Origin: Nitrospirota bacterium
GTDB lineage: Bacteria > Nitrospirota > Thermodesulfovibrionia > Thermodesulfovibrionales > JdFR-85
Reading direction: 5' to 3'
Assembly (NCBI GenBank): GCA_035873375.1
Contig: JAYWMQ010000043.1
Location: forward strand, 67,757-131,756
DNA: 64,000 nt
Position numbers and translations under genes: made by a program. A model generated the notes under the pieces. It was not told the origin of the DNA. It ran no database searches and saw only the letters and a list, made by a program, of their open reading frames with translations. Below are positions 55,428-64,000 of this stretch, in pieces (position 1 is the first letter of the stretch; each line of letters begins with the position of its first letter).

Positions 55428-57353
55428 ATGAAACAGGGCAAAAATATAAAGTTTTTACTCCTGCTTGCAGTATTTGTTCTTGGTGTTTCTCTTGGTTTGT
55501 TTTTCTGGGATAAGATAACCCTTCCGTATTCAAACCCTTGGGGTGTCACGGGGGTGCTTACTGTTGCAGAGTATAATCCTACCAATGATTCGGTCAGGTT
55601 TGCTGTCTTCTTATTCATGCCTTTACTGGTGCTCTTCCTGATGTACCTTCTGAACATAGGTGGTTTAAACCGTATCTGTTTTAGGGAGAACTCGGATTTT
55701 TCTGAACATGATTCCCTAGATGTTTTACCGTTACCGTCAATGAATAAAAAAATCTTTGCGGTAATCCTGTTGTTTTTTGCAGTTATATCCGCAGTTAATA
55801 TTCCGAACTACCGTTCTACCGGGAAATTCGATGCAATGCACGAAGGCGAGACTCTGGGGCCTGCCCTGTCGTATATGGCCGGGGAGGTTCCATATAAGGA
55901 TTTCTTGTTTCTGCACGGTGTTTTTGAGAATCCTGTCCGTTCAGTGGTGGCCTTTAAACTTTTCGGGAAGTCAATTGGTTCGGTCAGGGCTCTTGAGTCT
56001 ATCCTTAAAGCTTTTTTATTCGTATTGCTTGCCATTTTCCTGATGCAGATATTCCGTGGCAATTATCTGTACTACCTTTTTGTTTTCCTGACTCTGACCC
56101 TTTTCTATAAACACCTTTTTGGTCTTCCAAGAAGATTAATCTTTTTTAAATCCATGGATATAACCACGTTTTCATTTCTGCTAACCATTCCTGTACTGTA
56201 CCGTTTTTCGGACCTGAAACAGATTAATCCGAAGAAATTCCTGATAAGCGTTTTTTTCTTTTCTTTTATTCCTCTGGCTTCGTTCGGTTATGCTGCTGAC
56301 AGGGGAATTTATCTGTTTGTGACCTATCTGATTGTATCCCCAATTTTATACTTTGTCTTCTTTCACAAAAGTCCTTTGAGACGTCATTATCTGGCAGCTT
56401 CATTCCTTGGGCTTCTGGCGGCGGTTCTGTTGTTGAATGTCCTGTTCCGCGGAGCTTTTTACGATTTTTTTGAATTTACTTTTCTGACCTTGACTAAGTA
56501 TAGGGAGTTACAGGGTGGTTTAATCTATCCTATTGAACAGATAGCTTATTTGGCGGTTTGTGTCCTTATAGCAGCAAATACTTTTTGGGTTGCCTATAAA
56601 TTCCTGCAGGAGTTGTATCTGAATGACGGGAAAGTCAGGCCTGCGTTCAGAGAGTTCATTCGGAAGTATTTTATAGAATTCTGTTTGTTACTGATGTCGA
56701 TATTCTTCTACAAGAGTGCTTTGGGGCGTTCTGACTGGATGCACGTTGCCTACAGTTCTCCCCTGACTTACATACTGTCCTTGTATATCCTGATAAAACA
56801 TTATCTGCACGGTTTTCTTCAGAGAGAAAGATTCAACGCATTCAGGAAGGTTCTCGTGTATGCAATCACTTTTATAGTTGTTGTAAGTTCTGTAGGTGGT
56901 ATTTACAGGATATATAAAAAAGATTTGATTACAAAGCGGTTTCCGGTTAAAGTGGAAGACTCTGAATTTATTCTTGATAAATATAAGGCAACTATAACAT
57001 TTCTGAAAAATAATCTTAAGGATGATGAAAAGTTTTTTACTTTTACAAATGAGGCAAGCTGGTATTATTTTATTGACCAGCCGGCACCGACGCGGTTCCC
57101 GACGTTGTTGTACGCTATGCCGTATTTTTATCAGGAGGAAGTGGTTGAAGATTTAAAGAAGGCAAATATCAGGTATGTCCTCTATACAAACAGTGACTGG
57201 TATAATTCTGTCAGTGGTTTTAACTTTGAAGGCTTTTCCAATGAAGTCAGGTTTCCTATAGTCCTGGATTATCTCAAAAAGAACTTTGTTTTTTATAGGA
57301 TGATTGACGACAATGAAATCTGGATCAGAAAGTCTGAACAGAATAAAAATTGA
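55428..57353 (+). CDS. Large polytopic membrane protein (about 14 TM) with a soluble C-terminal domain; function unknown
   Basis: 641 aa, hydrophobic and Phe/Leu-rich for ~480 aa, then a ~150 aa hydrophilic tail. AT-rich codon usage. Confidence 0.6.
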   Translation: MKQGKNIKFLLLLAVFVLGVSLGLFFWDKITLPYSNPWGVTGVLTVAEYNPTNDSVRFAVFLFMPLLVLFLMYLLNIGGLNRICFRENSDFSEHDSLDVLPLPSMNKKIFAVILLFFAVISAVNIPNYRSTGKFDAMHEGETLGPALSYMAGEVPYKDFLFLHGVFENPVRSVVAFKLFGKSIGSVRALESILKAFLFVLLAIFLMQIFRGNYLYYLFVFLTLTLFYKHLFGLPRRLIFFKSMDITTFSFLLTIPVLYRFSDLKQINPKKFLISVFFFSFIPLASFGYAADRGIYLFVTYLIVSPILYFVFFHKSPLRRHYLAASFLGLLAAVLLLNVLFRGAFYDFFEFTFLTLTKYRELQGGLIYPIEQIAYLAVCVLIAANTFWVAYKFLQELYLNDGKVRPAFREFIRKYFIEFCLLLMSIFFYKSALGRSDWMHVAYSSPLTYILSLYILIKHYLHGFLQRERFNAFRKVLVYAITFIVVVSSVGGIYRIYKKDLITKRFPVKVEDSEFILDKYKATITFLKNNLKDDEKFFTFTNEASWYYFIDQPAPTRFPTLLYAMPYFYQEEVVEDLKKANIRYVLYTNSDWYNSVSGFNFEGFSNEVRFPIVLDYLKKNFVFYRMIDDNEIWIRKSEQNKN

Positions 57354-57550
57354 TGTAATCGGGAATTGAGCCCCGGATTCAGCGACAAAAACAGAGTTGA
57401 GAAGACTCTCTGTAAAGTAAATAACACACTTGTCATGCTGAAGTTATTCAGGTATATACTAATAAAAAGACAACTGGATACGAAGCCATGAAAGAAGTTT
57501 GAAGCAAGTTCGGAGTGACATTCATAGAGCTTTCAGACAGGCTCCGGTTT

Positions 57551-57844
57551 CTATATTTCGTAATCTACCTTGGCTACAGAGGCGCAAAGCCGTCTGATAT
57601 TTTTTACAACCTCCATGTGTTTGGGATGAACGAGATACTGTTGCAGGTGTTCAAGCGAATCGAACGTAGAGTCAAGGACAATGTCATATGATCTATCGGA
57701 AGGCAATACATCGAGAGCTACCACGCATTCTTTCATAATACCTTCTGTTGTTTTCTTCAGGCCCCGTAAATCTTTGACAAGCTGCTGGCGGTCTTCATCT
57801 GATGCCTCAGGTTTCAGTTTGAAAAGTACGATATGTTTTAACAT
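57551..57844 (-). CDS. Dabb (stress-responsive alpha/beta-barrel) domain protein
   Basis: 97 aa. MLKHIVLFKLKPEASDEDRQQL...LVHPKHMEVV. Confidence 0.8.
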   Translation of the reverse strand: MLKHIVLFKLKPEASDEDRQQLVKDLRGLKKTTEGIMKECVVALDVLPSDRSYDIVLDSTFDSLEHLQQYLVHPKHMEVVKNIRRLCASVAKVDYEI

Positions 57845-57993
57845 CTCCGCTCCTTTCGGGAAGTTCTTCCAGTGTTATCAGTACTATAGTGTGTTTTAAA
57901 AACTTATTATAACACTTTTAATGATGATATTTACGCATCAGATCTTTAGCCGCATGGTAGAGATAAAGTTCTTTATGTTAAAATAACAATATT

Positions 57994-58422
57994 ATGGAAG
58001 AAGTCGGCATTGTAGAGAGTGTTGAGGGGGTAATTGCAAAGGTTCTTGTTGAGCGCAAGAGTGCCTGTGACAAGTGTAGCGTGGGCATATGTCACGGTTC
58101 TTCCGATGACGGGGCACTTATAGAGGCCCTCAATATCGCCAAGGCAAAAGAGGGTCAGAAGGTCAAGGTTGTATTTAAGTCCTATACATATCTGAAGGGT
58201 ACAATCCTTATTTATGGTCTCCCGGCACTTGCGCTCATAATCGGAGCGGTACTTGGCAAGGAGTTCCTTCCCCGCATCTTTAGTGGAGTTGATCCTGACC
58301 TGCTTTCTGCTGTTGGTGGATTCGGTCTCTTTATTTTGACCTTCATTGCTGCCAGACTATTCAGTCTGAGGATGGAGAAAAATACGGAATATAAACCCGT
58401 TGTCGAAGAGATACTCGAGTAA
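57994..58422 (+). CDS. RseC/MucC-family membrane protein
   Basis: 142 aa. GIVESVEGVIAKVLVERKSACDKCSVGIC followed by two TM helices. Confidence 0.7.
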   Translation: MEEVGIVESVEGVIAKVLVERKSACDKCSVGICHGSSDDGALIEALNIAKAKEGQKVKVVFKSYTYLKGTILIYGLPALALIIGAVLGKEFLPRIFSGVDPDLLSAVGGFGLFILTFIAARLFSLRMEKNTEYKPVVEEILE

Positions 58423-58458
58423 ATTAACTGTTGAATTCCGTTAAAAACAGGGGGTTGT

Positions 58459-60555
58459 ATGGCTAAACATAATGTTTCCATGATCAGAAACTTTTCGGTT
58501 GTGGCACATGGTGGTGCCGGCAAGACCTCTTTAGTGGAGGCCATACTTTATAGTGCAGGTGCCATTGACAGGATGGGAAGCGTAGAGGCAGGGAATACTG
58601 TAACCGATTTTGATCCTGAAGAGATAGAACGCAAAATCACCATATCTTCTGCAGTTGCCTATTGTGACTGGAATGCCTGCAGGATGAATATCATAGACAC
58701 CCCCGGGTTCATTAATTTCATAGAGGATGCAAGGGGCTGTCTGAGGGTATCGGATGGAGCAGTAATAATAGTCAGCGCAATATCAGGTGTCAAGGCGGAG
58801 ACTGAGAAGATATGGAAATATGCCTGTGAGTTTGAACTGCCGAGGATTATATTCATTAACAAGATGGACAGGGAGAATGCCGATTTCACACGTGCAATCA
58901 GTGATTTGGAGAAATCTTTTGAGACAGAGGCAATTGCACTGAATATCCCGATGGGGGAGGGTGCTTCCTTTGAGGGTATTGTGGATATAGTAAGGATGAA
59001 GGCATATCGTTTTGAAGAGGGGGGGACAAAAGAGATTGACGTGCCCTCAGAGCTTGCGGAAGATGCGGGGAACTACAGGAAAAAGCTTGTAGAAAAGATA
59101 GCGGAATCGGATGATGCCCTTCTTGAACGGTATCTTGAGGGTGGTGAACTGACGGAAGAAGAGATTCTCGGGGGTGTAAAAGAGGGGTCCCTTACCAGGA
59201 AGTTTATCCCGGTGGTTTGTGGTTCGGCCACACAGAACCGGGGCATTGACCTGCTCATGAATACAGCAGTCCTGTGTCTTCCCTCACCTGGGGAGATGGC
59301 ACGGATCAGTCCTGTCAGGGGCAGAAATCCCAATGACGGCTCTGAGGTGCTCAGGCAGCCGGACGAGAATGAACCCTTTTCAGCTTATGTCTTCAAGACC
59401 ATTGCCGATCCGTTTACAGGTAAGCTTACCCTTATGAGGGTTTACTCGGGTGGCCTTAATGCTGATTCAACAGTCTATAATGCCTCATCAGATGCAAAGG
59501 AGAGAATCGGTCAGGTTTTTTATCTCTTCGGGAAAAAGCATGTTCCCACTCAGACCCTTGGCCCGGGGGAGATAGGGGTGGTGGCAAAACTGAAGACAAC
59601 CAATACCGGGGATACGCTCTGCGATGCGGCAAATCCCGTGGTCTTTGAAAAAGTAAGGTTCTCTGAGCCAATTATATCCTATGCTATTGCGCCAAAAAGC
59701 AAGGGCGATGAGGAAAAAGTCAGCTCAGGTCTGCACCGGATGCTTGAGGAGGACCCGACCCTGAGGTTTCACAGGGATGAGGAGACAAACGAGATGTTGC
59801 TCTCAGGTATGGGGCAGGTGCATGTCGAGATAGCTATTCAGAAATTAAAGAGAAAGTTCGGTGTTGATGTAGAGATGAAGACCCCGAAGATTCCCTATCG
59901 TGAGACTATAAGAGCGCGGGCCAGGGCACAGGGAAAATACAAGAAGCAGTCAGGCGGAAGGGGACAGTATGGAGACTGCTGGATTGAGATAGAACCATTG
60001 CCGAGGGGCGGAGGATTTGAGTTTGTCAACAGGATAGTCGGTGGCGTGATTCCGAGGCAGTATATCCCTGCAGTAGAGAAAGGAGTTGTTGAGACCCTGA
60101 GGGCGGGTGCCTTGGCAGGTTATCCAGTGGTTGATGTGAAGGTTACGCTCTTTGACGGCTCGTATCACTCTGTTGATTCCTCGGAGATGGCCTTTAAGAT
60201 CGCAGGCTCCATGGCCATAAAAAAGGCTGCATCAGAGGCGAACCCGGTATTGCTTGAACCCGTTATGAGGGTTGAGGTGACCACACCTGATGATGCCCTT
60301 GGCTCTGTTATCGGAGACCTGAATGCAAAGAGGGGAAAGGTTCAGGGCGTGGAGCCCCAGGCCGGGGGAAACCAGAAGATAACGGCCCTTGTTCCCATGG
60401 CGGAGATGCTTACATATGCCAACCAGCTTCATAGCCTCACCTCCGGCAGAGGGATATATTCCATGGAGTTTTCTCACTATGAAGATGTGCCCGGACACAT
60501 TGCACAGAAGCTTATTGAAGAGAGAAAGGCGGAAAAAGAACCAGGTAAGGAATAA
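58459..60555 (+). CDS. fusA: Elongation factor G paralogue (not in an rpsL-rpsG context)
   Basis: 698 aa. AHGGAGKTS (G1), DTPGFINF (G3), NKMD (G4), EF-G domains IV and V. Confidence 0.9.
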   Translation: MAKHNVSMIRNFSVVAHGGAGKTSLVEAILYSAGAIDRMGSVEAGNTVTDFDPEEIERKITISSAVAYCDWNACRMNIIDTPGFINFIEDARGCLRVSDGAVIIVSAISGVKAETEKIWKYACEFELPRIIFINKMDRENADFTRAISDLEKSFETEAIALNIPMGEGASFEGIVDIVRMKAYRFEEGGTKEIDVPSELAEDAGNYRKKLVEKIAESDDALLERYLEGGELTEEEILGGVKEGSLTRKFIPVVCGSATQNRGIDLLMNTAVLCLPSPGEMARISPVRGRNPNDGSEVLRQPDENEPFSAYVFKTIADPFTGKLTLMRVYSGGLNADSTVYNASSDAKERIGQVFYLFGKKHVPTQTLGPGEIGVVAKLKTTNTGDTLCDAANPVVFEKVRFSEPIISYAIAPKSKGDEEKVSSGLHRMLEEDPTLRFHRDEETNEMLLSGMGQVHVEIAIQKLKRKFGVDVEMKTPKIPYRETIRARARAQGKYKKQSGGRGQYGDCWIEIEPLPRGGGFEFVNRIVGGVIPRQYIPAVEKGVVETLRAGALAGYPVVDVKVTLFDGSYHSVDSSEMAFKIAGSMAIKKAASEANPVLLEPVMRVEVTTPDDALGSVIGDLNAKRGKVQGVEPQAGGNQKITALVPMAEMLTYANQLHSLTSGRGIYSMEFSHYEDVPGHIAQKLIEERKAEKEPGKE

Positions 60556-60789
60556 AAGGCAGTACGCCTGCAGGTGGAGGTCTTCTCTGAAAGGTCTTCC
60601 TTTTGATTTTGATAAAACCTTTGTTTTCTTGCATGGAGACGAAGTTTTAAATCTGCTCAAACCCTGCCTGTGAGTCCCTTCGGAACCTGTAGATTTTCAG
60701 TTGTAAGGATTTCGGGATATTCCTGAAATTGACAAATATACCCGTATATTTTTAAATTAAAAGACAAAATATTGTTTGCAGGAGGCAAG

Positions 60790-62073
60790 ATGCAGAAGAC
60801 TGTTGAGGATATCAATCCCACTAAAAAGAAATTTGTTGTAGAAATACCTGCTGATGTTCTTGAGCATAAGATAGAAGAGGCACTCAGGAATCTTGGTAGA
60901 ACCACGAAAATCCCCGGATTCAGGCCCGGCAAGGTGCCGCTTTCTCTGCTTGAGAGGAGATACGGGAAAGACGTGGAGATGGACGTGATAGAGCGCTTGA
61001 TTCCAGAGTATTATGTCATGGCGATCAAGGAGGAGGCCCTCTTTCCAGTTGCAGCCCCGGTTTTTGAGGAGTACGATTTCAAGAGGAAAACACCCCTGAA
61101 GATGACTTTTACAGTGGAGTTCCTTCCGGAGATAAAAGACCTGAAGTATGAGGGGTATACTGTAAAAGAGGAGACCGTTGATGTAACTGATGAGGAAGTG
61201 GAGGAGACCACCAAGCGTCTGCTGACGGAGAAGTCCACTTATGAGGTGGTTGATGATACCATCTCTGATGGAGACCTGGTGGTGGTTGATTATGAGATTG
61301 TCGAGGAGGACCAGAAGGTTACAGGCCAGTTTATCAAGATTGGCAGTGATATAATTCCCCGGGAGATATCCGAGGCATTAAAAGGCAGAAAGGCGGGGGA
61401 GCCCTTTGAGGTCTCCGCAGCATTTCCCGATGATTATGTCAATAAGAACTTCTGCGGCAAGACCCTCACCCTTAAAGGGAGCATTAATGAGGTGAAGAGA
61501 TTAAAAAAGGCTGATCTGAATGATGACTTTGCCAAGGACCTTGGATATGAAGACCTGGAAAAACTGAAGGAAGCCGTCAGGGAGTCTCTTGAAAATGTAA
61601 AGAAAGAGATGTCCGAGAACAGGCAGAAGGCCGAGCTTATTGAACAGCTTGTGAAGGACAATGAGTTTGACCTCCCCGAGAGTCTCCTTGAGTCGGAGCT
61701 TAATGCACTCGTTGGTGAAGAGAAGAAGAAGGACCCGGAACTCGATGTTGAAAAGGCGAGGGAGGATCTGAAAGAGCAGGCTGTCAGGAATGTCAAGGCC
61801 AATATACTCCTTGATGTGATTGCAGAGAAGGAGAAGGTGGAAGTTACAGAAGACGAGATGAAAAAGAGAATAGTTGAGATTGCAGGCAGCATGTATCTCA
61901 GTCCGGAGAACTTCGTAGACTTGTACCTCAAGAATGAGGGCGCCATGAGTGGATTCAGACAGAATATTGTCAGGGAGAAGGCCCTTGATATTGTATTTCA
62001 AAAAGCTGTCAGGGAAGCAGTTAAGAGTGATAAGGTAGAGAGCAGTGATGCAAAGACCAGTGATAGTGAATAG
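60790..62073 (+). CDS. tig: Trigger factor
   Basis: MQKTVEDINPTKKKFVVEIP.... AGGAGG lies upstream of ATG 60790, so this start is preferred over the track start at 60772. FKBP-type central domain. Followed by clpP-clpX as usual. Confidence 0.92.
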   Translation: MQKTVEDINPTKKKFVVEIPADVLEHKIEEALRNLGRTTKIPGFRPGKVPLSLLERRYGKDVEMDVIERLIPEYYVMAIKEEALFPVAAPVFEEYDFKRKTPLKMTFTVEFLPEIKDLKYEGYTVKEETVDVTDEEVEETTKRLLTEKSTYEVVDDTISDGDLVVVDYEIVEEDQKVTGQFIKIGSDIIPREISEALKGRKAGEPFEVSAAFPDDYVNKNFCGKTLTLKGSINEVKRLKKADLNDDFAKDLGYEDLEKLKEAVRESLENVKKEMSENRQKAELIEQLVKDNEFDLPESLLESELNALVGEEKKKDPELDVEKAREDLKEQAVRNVKANILLDVIAEKEKVEVTEDEMKKRIVEIAGSMYLSPENFVDLYLKNEGAMSGFRQNIVREKALDIVFQKAVREAVKSDKVESSDAKTSDSE

Positions 62074-62149
62074 TATCCGTATAAACTAAAAGTAGAAGAC
62101 CGGCACTAATCTGCTGACACTGACTTTAAACCAGGAGGAGAGTAAGAAG

Positions 62150-62758
62150 ATGAGTTTGATTCCTATTGTAATAGAACAGACGGGAAGGACGGAGAGGGCC
62201 TATGACATCTATTCAAGGCTGTTAAAGGACAGGATAATCTTTATCGGTACGCCGATAGACGATCATGTGGCCAATACAGTGATTGCGCAGCTTCTCTTCC
62301 TTCAGACTGATGACCCTGAGAAGGATATCCATGTCTATGTCAATTCCCCCGGCGGCGTTGTCTCTTCAGGGCTTGCCATCTATGATACCATGCAGTATGT
62401 GAAGCCTGATATTGCCACCTATTGCCTGGGACAGGCGGCGAGCATGGGAGCACTGCTTCTGTCGGCAGGGGCAAAGTCAAAGAGGTTTGCACTCCCCCAC
62501 TCGAGGATAATGATACATCAGCCTATGGGTGGTTTTCAGGGACAGGCCACTGATATAGAGATCCATGCAAGGGAGATTCTCAAAATGAAGGAGACGCTGA
62601 ACGGTATCCTTGCAAACCATACATCCCAGCCTTATGACAAGATTCGGGCAGACACGGACAGGGACTTTTTCATGTCTGCAGAAGAGGCAAAGGAGTACGG
62701 GATTGTTGATGATGTGATCTATTCCATGAAGCAAGAAAAAGAAAAGGAAGAAGAGTAA
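62150..62758 (+). CDS. clpP: ATP-dependent Clp protease proteolytic subunit
   Basis: 202 aa. GQAASMGA (Ser), IMIHQP (His), TDRDFFM (Asp). Confidence 0.96.
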   Translation: MSLIPIVIEQTGRTERAYDIYSRLLKDRIIFIGTPIDDHVANTVIAQLLFLQTDDPEKDIHVYVNSPGGVVSSGLAIYDTMQYVKPDIATYCLGQAASMGALLLSAGAKSKRFALPHSRIMIHQPMGGFQGQATDIEIHAREILKMKETLNGILANHTSQPYDKIRADTDRDFFMSAEEAKEYGIVDDVIYSMKQEKEKEEE

Positions 62759-62826
62759 TATATACGTTAGTTGTATATTCAGAACTAAGAAGGATTAGCC
62801 GGTAGCGGCTGACAGGAGGCTATAGG

Positions 62827-64000
62827 ATGTCTAAAAAGGAAGAAGATAAGTTGCAGTGTTCTTTCTGTGGTAAAACCCAGAGTGAGGTGAAGAAGCTCAT
62901 TGCCGGGCCCACGGTTTATATCTGTGACGAATGTGTGGAGCTCTGTGACGAGATACTCGCCGAAGAGATGGAGACCTTCAATGAAGGACTGCCGTTTCCG
63001 GAATTGCCCACACCTATGGAGATACACAAGGCGTTGGATGAGTATGTAATCGGTCAGGAGAAGGCAAAAAAGACGCTCTCGGTTGCGGTTCATAACCATT
63101 ATAAGAGGATTCACCATCCGGTCAAGACGGATGTGGAGATTCAGAAGAGCAATATTCTCCTTATAGGTCCGACCGGGACCGGTAAGACTCTCCTTGCGCA
63201 GACACTTGCACGGATACTCGATGTGCCTTTCACTATTGCAGATGCCACAACCCTTACAGAGGCCGGCTATGTTGGTGAGGATGTGGAGAATATTATACTC
63301 AAACTGCTTCAGGCAGCCAATTACGATGTTGAGAGGGCTCAGAGGGGAATAATCTATATAGACGAGGTGGACAAGATAAGCAGAAAGTCCGACAGCCCCT
63401 CCATTACAAGGGATGTCTCGGGAGAGGGCGTACAGCAGGCCCTTCTGAAGATTGTTGAAGGCACGGTTGCGAATATCCCGCCTCAGGGTGGGAGGAAACA
63501 CCCGCAGCAGGAGTATATTCCGGTGGATACAACCGGTATCCTGTTCATCTGTGGCGGCGCCTTTGTCGGGCTTGAAGAGATTATCGAGAAGAGGATAGGA
63601 AAGAGGACCGTTGGTTTTGGAGCTGATACCACTGCAAAGAGAAAGATAGGGAATATCCTGAGCATTGTGGAGCCAGGGGACCTTGTAAGGTACGGGATGA
63701 TCCCCGAGTTTGTCGGAAGGCTTCCTGTGGTTACCACGTTGGTTGAGCTGAATGAATCGGCACTTGTAAGGATACTTGTTGAGCCGAAGAACGCCCTTGC
63801 AAAGCAGTATGAGAGATTGCTCTCCATAGATAACGTGAAGTTACGCTTTAGTGAGGGAGCCCTGCGTGCCATTGCAAGAAAGGCGATAAAGAGGAAGACC
63901 GGTGCAAGGGGACTGCGTGCCATCCTTGAGGATATAATGCTTGAGGTGATGTACGAGATTCCGTCGCGTAAAGAGATAAGGGAATGCGTGATTAATGAAG
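62827..64000 (+). CDS. clpX: ATP-dependent Clp protease ATP-binding subunit ClpX; C-terminus beyond the window
   Basis: Not in the ORF track (no stop in the window). Own translation: [40 protein letters not shown] (zinc ribbon), GPTGTGKT Walker [10 protein letters not shown] Walker B. Minus-strand ORFs 62785-63501 and 63483-63923 are antisense artefacts. Confidence 0.95.
   Translation, partial: MSKKEEDKLQCSFCGKTQSEVKKLIAGPTVYICDECVELCDEILAEEMETFNEGLPFPELPTPMEIHKALDEYVIGQEKAKKTLSVAVHNHYKRIHHPVKTDVEIQKSNILLIGPTGTGKTLLAQTLARILDVPFTIADATTLTEAGYVGEDVENIILKLLQAANYDVERAQRGIIYIDEVDKISRKSDSPSITRDVSGEGVQQALLKIVEGTVANIPPQGGRKHPQQEYIPVDTTGILFICGGAFVGLEEIIEKRIGKRTVGFGADTTAKRKIGNILSIVEPGDLVRYGMIPEFVGRLPVVTTLVELNESALVRILVEPKNALAKQYERLLSIDNVKLRFSEGALRAIARKAIKRKTGARGLRAILEDIMLEVMYEIPSRKEIRECVINE

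Noticed and set aside
62785-63923. Two large minus-strand ORFs (238 and 146 aa)
   Set aside because: Antisense to clpX, whose + strand translation shows the zinc ribbon, Walker A and Walker B motifs.

Overview
This 64 kb window comes from a flagellated, probably anaerobic Gram-negative bacterium. Gene content suggests Nitrospirota or Desulfobacterota, but the taxon cannot be fixed from sequence alone.

Gene order:
- hypE (partial), copA and a small ferredoxin.
- An F1Fo ATP synthase operon, atpF'-F-H-A-G-D-C, with no atpB or atpE.
- A pyrimidine cluster, pyrR-pyrB-pyrC-[haem/beta-barrel gene]-carA-[membrane ORF]-carB-mtaD.
- A 10 kb minus-strand flagellar operon, flgB-flgC-fliE-F-G-H-I-J-ylxF-like-fliK-flgD-flgE, preceded by a sigma-54 regulatory module (response regulator, kinase, TPR protein, second response regulator).
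- An AT-rich accessory island of about 8 kb (roughly 38.5-46.8 kb).
- A sigma-54-driven operon encoding two receiver-domain fusion proteins plus NuoE/F/G-like redox subunits.
- A radical SAM gene, a large membrane protein gene, a Dabb gene, rseC-like, an EF-G paralogue, tig, clpP and clpX (partial).

The most interesting region is the island. All its ORFs are co-oriented and short. They include MntA/HepT, VapBC and an orphan HicB, plus several predicted nucleases (CoiA-like, RecB-like PD-(D/E)xK, HEPN-like). The ORFs are separated by imperfect palindromes that begin with YTAAC (often containing the TAA stop codon) and end with GTTRRRY-like cores. This is the layout of an integron gene-cassette array, but no integrase lies in the window (CALIN-like).

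Other notable signals:
- ATTGAC-type and other heptamer tandem arrays are scattered in intergenic regions and sit in frame inside pyrC, carB and atpF.
- Three sigma-54 promoters have correct consensus -24/-12 spacing.
- A PyrR-type attenuator precedes pyrR.
- A decayed duplicate of the Dabb gene 3' end flanks the membrane protein gene.

No rRNA, tRNA or CRISPR was seen. All functional calls rest on motif recognition by eye; no database search was possible.
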